Notes under the pieces: model-generated
What the model saw: only the letters and a program-made list of their open reading frames with translations
Told to the model about the DNA's origin: nothing
Databases searched by the model: none
Origin: Thermoplasmata archaeon
Lineage (GTDB): Archaea; Thermoplasmatota; Thermoplasmata; Lutacidiplasmatales; UBA184
Assembly (NCBI GenBank): GCA_030037955.1
Contig: JASHPT010000012.1
Location: 2,429 to 66,428 of the forward strand
Reading direction: 5' to 3'
DNA: 64,000 nt
Shown: one piece after another, positions 58,753 through 64,000 of the stretch
How the letters are laid out: each line of letters begins with the position of its first letter
How positions within the stretch are numbered: position 1 is the first letter of the stretch
Position numbers and translations under genes: made by a program

Positions 58753-59310
58753 ATGGGTCCCGAACTTTCTCCGACCCGCCGACTTTTGCGCTGGCCCCAC
58801 GCGCGCGAGCTTCTGGGGCCGGTCGCCCAGGTGTCCGCGGAGTTTCCAGAGCTCGTCGGCCTCCGCGTCCGGGTCGACCTACTGCCCTGGGGGTCGCGGC
58901 GGCTCGGCGCTGCCTCGATCCTCGAGCGGCCCCCGCGGGTCGCCTTCCACCCGGAGCTGGCACGTCGACCCGAAGAGCTGGCCGCGACCGCCGCCCACGA
59001 GTTCATGCATCTCCTCCAGTGGCCGCTCCAGCGGATTCCGAACGGGGAACGGGCCTGCGACCTGTTCGTGCTCGCACGATTCGGGACCCGGTTCCAGGGC
59101 CCTCCATACTACCTGCATGTCCCCCGTCGTGCCCGGACCCACTGGGCCGAGTGGGCTCCCCTCGCCCAGGAGCTCGCCGTACGGGCCCTCGACGAACGCC
59201 GTCAGGGACGGCGCCAGTATCTTCGGTGGTGGGAGGAGGAGTTCCGGTCCCGGATCCCCCCGGCGGTGTCGGGCGGCTGGGCCCCCGGTCTCTCCCTGGC
59301 GCCGGGGTAA
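58753..59310 (+). CDS. small zincin-like (HExxH) protein
   Basis: AAHEFMHLLQ...GERACD; TTTAT box about 25 nt upstream. Confidence 0.7.
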   Translation: MGPELSPTRRLLRWPHARELLGPVAQVSAEFPELVGLRVRVDLLPWGSRRLGAASILERPPRVAFHPELARRPEELAATAAHEFMHLLQWPLQRIPNGERACDLFVLARFGTRFQGPPYYLHVPRRARTHWAEWAPLAQELAVRALDERRQGRRQYLRWWEEEFRSRIPPAVSGGWAPGLSLAPG

Positions 59311-59372
59311 GGACGCCGCCGACCGCCCACAGGTCTTAAAGTCGGTCGCCGCCCTTGTAACGGTGCTCTCGG

Positions 59373-61508
59373 ATGACCGACTCGACGGACGCCTCGGCCG
59401 AGACGGCCCCACCCCGCGACGAGGCCGGCTCTGAGCCCGCGAAGGACCGGAAGCCCGACCCCGACACGTCGGAGACCTCCCCTCCGAGCGGGGAGCGGAT
59501 CGTCGAGAAGTGGATGGCGACGGTGGGCAAGGCCGAGCGGCCCAAGCGCCACCGGATCGCCACCCCGACCAAGGGCTCGACCGACGTGCTCCGAAAGTGG
59601 GTCGAAGGCGACGATTCCGTCCTCGAGACCTGGATCCAGTCCTCCGAGCCGGCCCCGGTGCCGACGGCCCCGACCCCCGCGATCGCCGAGGAGCTCGGGA
59701 TGCCCGCGTTGCCGGCCGTCGGTCCGATCCCCTCCTCGACGGTCCCCGGGGAGCGCGCGGCTCCCGGGGGTCCGAGCACGACCACGAGCGAGCGCGAGGT
59801 GACCCTCGTCCGCTGGCTCACCGACCTGCTCGACCGCGTGAAGTCGGACCAGTTCGACCCGCACTCCCTCGTCGAAGAGCTGCAGGACATCCAGCGGCAG
59901 CTGTACGACGAGCGCCAGAAGCGGAAGCAGATGGAGGAGGAGCTGGAGCACGTCAAGCGCGGCTCCATCGCCGTCATCAAGTACGTCCGGAACCGGGAGG
60001 CCAAGGCGCGGGAGCAGCTCGTCCAGGAGATGGAGGGCCGGATCTCGGAGCTCCAGATGGCCCTCGACCGCACCGGCGCGGACATCGCGCCGGCGGCCGC
60101 CGCTCCCGTCGTGCCCGCGGCCGTCCCCGGGGTCGAGGCCCCGTCGGGAGAAGGGCCGACGCGGGAGTCGGAGGCCCGGATCCGGCAGGAGTTCGCCGAG
60201 CGGGAGCACGGTTACATCGACCGCGAAACGGAGCTCCGCCGCCGCCAGATCCAGCTCGAGGAGGAGATCCGGAACCTCCGGTCCGAGCTCGACCTCTCGA
60301 AGAAGCGACTCGACAGCGTCGGCGCCGATGAACGGTCGATCACGGAGTCCCTCCAGTCCCGCCTGAACACCGCCGACATGCGCGAGCGCGAGCTCGCCCG
60401 ACGGGAGAACGAGCTCCGCACGAAGTTCGAGGAGATCCGGCTCCAGACCGAGGACATCGAGCGTCGTCGCGCGCCGCTCGAGTTCAAGGAGAAGGAGCTC
60501 CAGGTCTGGGACCAGGAGCTGCGGATCCAGAAGGAGTCCGTCCAGGTCCAGCAGCGCCGTCTCGAGGAGGCCCGGCTCGCCGGAGAATCGATGGAGTCGG
60601 CGGAGAAGTCGAAGCGCCTCGCCGAGCTCCAGACGGAGGTCACGAAGAAGGAGGAGGAGCTCCGCGCCCGCGAGGCGTTCATGCACCAGCGGATGCAGGA
60701 GCTCGAGGGACTGGAGCGGAAGGCCGCCGAGGCGGACGCCGACCGGTCGCAGGCCGAGGTCACCGCCGCCGCGAGCACGAAGAAGGCGCGCACCGGTGTT
60801 CGCCGGCTGGACGACCTCCTGTTCGGCGGGATCCCGCTCGGCTCGCAGCTCCTGGTCAACGGTCCGGCGCACACCGGCAAGGAGGTGCTGGCCCGGGCCT
60901 TCGCGACCGAGGGACTGCGGAACGGCGGCGGCGTGATCTGGGTGCTGACGGACAAGACCTACCAGACCGTCCGCGAGGAGTCGACCGAGTTCCTCCCGAA
61001 CTACCTCGAGTTGGAGCAGAAGGGGCTCGTCAAGTACCTCGACCTCTACTCGCGGAGCCTCGGCCTGACCGAGGGGGAGCGCAACGCGATCCTGCTCTCG
61101 CTCACCGACAAGGGCGCGATCGACACCCTGACGGCGCGCGTGAACGAGTTCGCCCTGGAGTTCCGCCAGAAGTCCATCCCGTACCGGCTCGTCTTCGAGT
61201 CGGTCTCGACCCTGACGGCCTACCTCGACACGGCCGCGACGTTCCGGTTCCTGCAGCCGTTCGTCGGCCGTCGGAAGGTCGATGGCGCGGCCGGCTACTA
61301 CCTCATCGAGACCGGCATGCACAGCGAGGCCGACCTGCGGACCCTCGAGCACATGATGGATGGGTCGATCAACCTCAAGATCGACCAGCTGAAGAATTTC
61401 CTGTCCGTCCGGGGCATCACCGACGTCCAGTCCCGGGCCTGGGTCGGCTACACGTTCACGAAGCGCGCCTTCTCGCTGGGCTCGTTCTCCCTCGACCACA
61501 TCCGGTAA
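59373..61508 (+). CDS. long coiled-coil protein with C-terminal KaiC/RAD55-like ATPase domain
   Basis: E/R/K-rich heptads; TGVRRLDDLLFGGIP, GPAHTGKE, LVFES, MMDG.I. Confidence 0.85.
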   Translation: MTDSTDASAETAPPRDEAGSEPAKDRKPDPDTSETSPPSGERIVEKWMATVGKAERPKRHRIATPTKGSTDVLRKWVEGDDSVLETWIQSSEPAPVPTAPTPAIAEELGMPALPAVGPIPSSTVPGERAAPGGPSTTTSEREVTLVRWLTDLLDRVKSDQFDPHSLVEELQDIQRQLYDERQKRKQMEEELEHVKRGSIAVIKYVRNREAKAREQLVQEMEGRISELQMALDRTGADIAPAAAAPVVPAAVPGVEAPSGEGPTRESEARIRQEFAEREHGYIDRETELRRRQIQLEEEIRNLRSELDLSKKRLDSVGADERSITESLQSRLNTADMRERELARRENELRTKFEEIRLQTEDIERRRAPLEFKEKELQVWDQELRIQKESVQVQQRRLEEARLAGESMESAEKSKRLAELQTEVTKKEEELRAREAFMHQRMQELEGLERKAAEADADRSQAEVTAAASTKKARTGVRRLDDLLFGGIPLGSQLLVNGPAHTGKEVLARAFATEGLRNGGGVIWVLTDKTYQTVREESTEFLPNYLELEQKGLVKYLDLYSRSLGLTEGERNAILLSLTDKGAIDTLTARVNEFALEFRQKSIPYRLVFESVSTLTAYLDTAATFRFLQPFVGRRKVDGAAGYYLIETGMHSEADLRTLEHMMDGSINLKIDQLKNFLSVRGITDVQSRAWVGYTFTKRAFSLGSFSLDHIR

Positions 61509-61570
61509 GTACCGGCGCCGCCGTCGGCGCCCGGACACAACTATATATCCCGCGGCCCCGTGGAAATCCC

Positions 61571-61881
61571 GCTAGGCTAGACCGGGGGGTTGGGCGTCCC
61601 CTTTTACACCGAAACCGTCCTCAGCGGGGGTGACAGGCAGGAGCGACGCGCACCGAGGGAGTCCGTCTCGTTCGTCTCCGTCGACGCTCTGTTCCACTGG
61701 GCCGCGGGCACCGCGACGAGCGCTCGGAGGAGCGCCCTAGCGGTTACCCATCACGGGAACCGGGTCAGGTCCTGACGGGAGCAGCCTTACCGTGACCCGA
61801 CGACGCTGGTGGGGCGACGGGGCTGAGGAGCGGACGGGGTCTCCGGACCCTCCCGGTGCGCGGCCACCCTGCCGGCCTAGC
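61571..61881 (+). ncRNA. ffs: archaeal SRP (7S) RNA
   Basis: Terminal helix GCTAGGC/GCCTAGC, Alu-like GGGGGGTTGGGCGTCCCC, helix 6 GCGCTC-GGAG-GAGCGC, helix 8 CAGG-TCC-TGAC-GGG-AGCAG; TATATA about 25 nt upstream; 311 nt. Confidence 0.92.
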
Positions 61882-61958
61882 ACGGCGATCCTCGCCGCGC
61901 GGTCCTCGACAGAAGACAGGAAGGAAGAGGTTCTCGTTCCGTCCGGTGCGTCAGGGCC

Positions 61959-64000
61959 CTACGAGGGCGGTGGGGGCGGCGGAGGAGCTCCTCCGCCCGC
62001 GCCCGGAGGCACTCCTCCGGAGGCTCCCGCGGGTGGCGCGCCGGTGCCTGCCGCGCCTCCGCCCTGCCAGGCCTGGGGCGCCGGGGCAGGCTTCTTGCGG
62101 CGGGTCAGGAGCACCGCGAGCAGGATCACGATGACCGCGGCGATCACGCCGAGCAGCAGGTAGCCGGTGTCGCCGGAGAGGCCCAGGAAGCCGGTCGACG
62201 GCGCCGTCGACACCGTGATCTCGACCGCGGTGCTGGTCGCCGAGGCGCCGTTCGAGTCGGTCACCGTCGCGGTCACGTTGTAGCTGCCGGCTTTCGACGG
62301 CACGCAGGTGATCGAGGCGGCGTTCGAGGTCGTGCATCCCGTCGGGAGACCGGCCCACGCGTAGCTGTCTCCGCCGGAGCCGCCCGAGGCGGTCACGGTG
62401 AGCTTGAAGCTCGAGCCCGTCGTTCCTGACGAGGGCGCGGCGGTCGGCGCACCGATCGTGAGCGTCGGCGACACGGTGTAGCTGAACGCCGGGCTCGCGC
62501 CGGTCCCTCCGACGCTGTCGGTGACGGTCACTCCGAGGGAGAGCGCACCGGACGTGGTGAACGTGCACTGGACCGAGACGCCGGTCGGCGCGCCGCAGCC
62601 CGCTGGGAGGCCGGACCAGGCGTAGGTGAAGCCGGGGGTGCCGCCGCTCGGCGTGGCGCTCGTGAACGTGACGGTCTGCCCGACGTCGGCGCCCGACTTG
62701 GACGCCGTGATCGCCCCGACGGTCGGGAGCGGGTTCACCGCGAACGACAGCGAGGCGGACGCGTTCTGGGGGTAGGCGTCCGACGCGTTGACGCTGACCG
62801 TGTAGGTACCGACCGTGCTGGGCGTGCAGGCCACGCCGGCGGCCTCGGAGTTCGTGCAACCGGGCGGGAGCGCCGTCCAGTTGTAGGAGTAGGTTCCCTC
62901 GCCTCCGTAGGCCGTCGCGTTGAAGGTCGCGGCGAGACCGACGTCGGTCGCTCCGGAGGGAGTCGAGCTGACGGTCACCGTCACCGGGTCGGTCTGCAGG
63001 GCCACGATCCACGTGTTCCAGAGAGGGTCGGTGCCGACATACTCGCCCACCAGGTAGGCGACGGAGGAGGTCGGGTCGATCGCCCCGCCGGCATAGAGCC
63101 CCCAGTCGGCGTTGGTGGTGTACGAGGAGCTGTACATCGGCGCTCCGTAGCCGTTCGCGACCGTGTAGGGCTCGCCCGCGGACTGTCCGAAGGCGAACAT
63201 CCCCGGGTAGTAACTCGAGCTGCCGAAGGTCGAGATGATGGTGAGGTCGCCGCGGCTGTCCATCGCCATCGCGGGTACGATCAGGTCGGTCCCATCGAGG
63301 TAGACCTCCAGGTCCTGCCAGAGCGTTCCGTTCGAGGGCCAGCCCTGGTCGACCCGGACGGCGTCTTCCTCACCGTTGTAGGCATCCCAGACGCTCGAGA
63401 CGAGTCCGTTCTGCTGGTACGAGGAATCGATCGCCTGGGGAGTGCCGCCGTACAGGGTGTCGCCGGTCCCGTATTGCTCCACATCCTCCGGCGCCGCGTA
63501 GGGTCCCGTCGTCTCCATGTCGGTCTCGACGAACGTGGTCATGCCCGGCGGTGCATCGGTGACGTTCCAGGTGTCGTAGTATCCGATCGGATTGACGACA
63601 GCGAAGTACTGGCTCGGCGACTGCGTCAGCCCCTGGGTCGCCACGAAGTTGGGGACGAAGTCCCAACCGTCCGCGGAGTTCCAGTTGTCGTAGGACGTCT
63701 CCTCCCCGGCCTGCAGCTCCGTGTAGTTCAGCACCCAGAGATTGCTCTGGTAATCGCCCGTCGTCTCGTTGTAGTCGTCCAGACCGACGCCGACCATGAA
63801 CTCGCTCGTGCCGATGGTCGGGTAGTACGGGTACTCCTCCGACGGAGCGGGGATGCCCTCGTACTGCTCCCAGTCGCCGAGCGGGTTGGACGTGTCCGAC
63901 ACGGCGATCATCCAGGTGTCGGCGCTCTCGTCCGACGCCGAGGTGATCCACCGGCCGGTGAAGTTGTCGTACAGGATGTATGGGGTGATGATGAAGTCGG
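61959..64000 (-). CDS. secreted/cell-surface protein with Ig/PKD-like repeats and C-terminal membrane anchor (5' end beyond window)
   Basis: Three GG...YxYxWxxLPxGC...VTVTDS repeats; TM YLLLGVIAAVIVILLAVLL followed by RRKK. Confidence 0.85.
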   Translation of the reverse strand, partial: DFIITPYILYDNFTGRWITSASDESADTWMIAVSDTSNPLGDWEQYEGIPAPSEEYPYYPTIGTSEFMVGVGLDDYNETTGDYQSNLWVLNYTELQAGEETSYDNWNSADGWDFVPNFVATQGLTQSPSQYFAVVNPIGYYDTWNVTDAPPGMTTFVETDMETTGPYAAPEDVEQYGTGDTLYGGTPQAIDSSYQQNGLVSSVWDAYNGEEDAVRVDQGWPSNGTLWQDLEVYLDGTDLIVPAMAMDSRGDLTIISTFGSSSYYPGMFAFGQSAGEPYTVANGYGAPMYSSSYTTNADWGLYAGGAIDPTSSVAYLVGEYVGTDPLWNTWIVALQTDPVTVTVSSTPSGATDVGLAATFNATAYGGEGTYSYNWTALPPGCTNSEAAGVACTPSTVGTYTVSVNASDAYPQNASASLSFAVNPLPTVGAITASKSGADVGQTVTFTSATPSGGTPGFTYAWSGLPAGCGAPTGVSVQCTFTTSGALSLGVTVTDSVGGTGASPAFSYTVSPTLTIGAPTAAPSSGTTGSSFKLTVTASGGSGGDSYAWAGLPTGCTTSNAASITCVPSKAGSYNVTATVTDSNGASATSTAVEITVSTAPSTGFLGLSGDTGYLLLGVIAAVIVILLAVLLTRRKKPAPAPQAWQGGGAAGTGAPPAGASGGVPPGAGGGAPPPPPPPS

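Overview
A very GC-rich archaeal chromosomal segment. Archaeal markers include PolD DP2, RadA, L7Ae/S28e/L24e, archaeal TyrRS, PurP, Pop5, class III signal-peptide pilins and a 7S SRP RNA. The gene mix suggests Thermoplasmata (inference only). Most of the window is housekeeping: NAD, purine and Met synthesis, ftsZ, a Mo-hydroxylase trio, a Mo/W ABC transporter and DNA repair. I saw no CRISPR array, transposase or integrase. Most notable: (1) a Cas4-family nuclease split into two translationally coupled polypeptides, each with its own transmembrane helix, apparently coupled to a GT-C-like membrane protein and lying between rpl24e and ndk; (2) a tRNA-Arg(UCG) with a 32-nt intron at non-canonical T-loop position 59/60 and a perfect bulge-helix-bulge; (3) a nickel superoxide dismutase sodN with divergent sodX in an archaeon; (4) tandem effector-less STAND ATPase-TPR paralogues, a cysteine-free thioredoxin, a MutY with an intact Nudix box, a kink-turn in the L7Ae leader and several operator-like palindromes. 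All product calls come from motif recognition by eye, not database searches.
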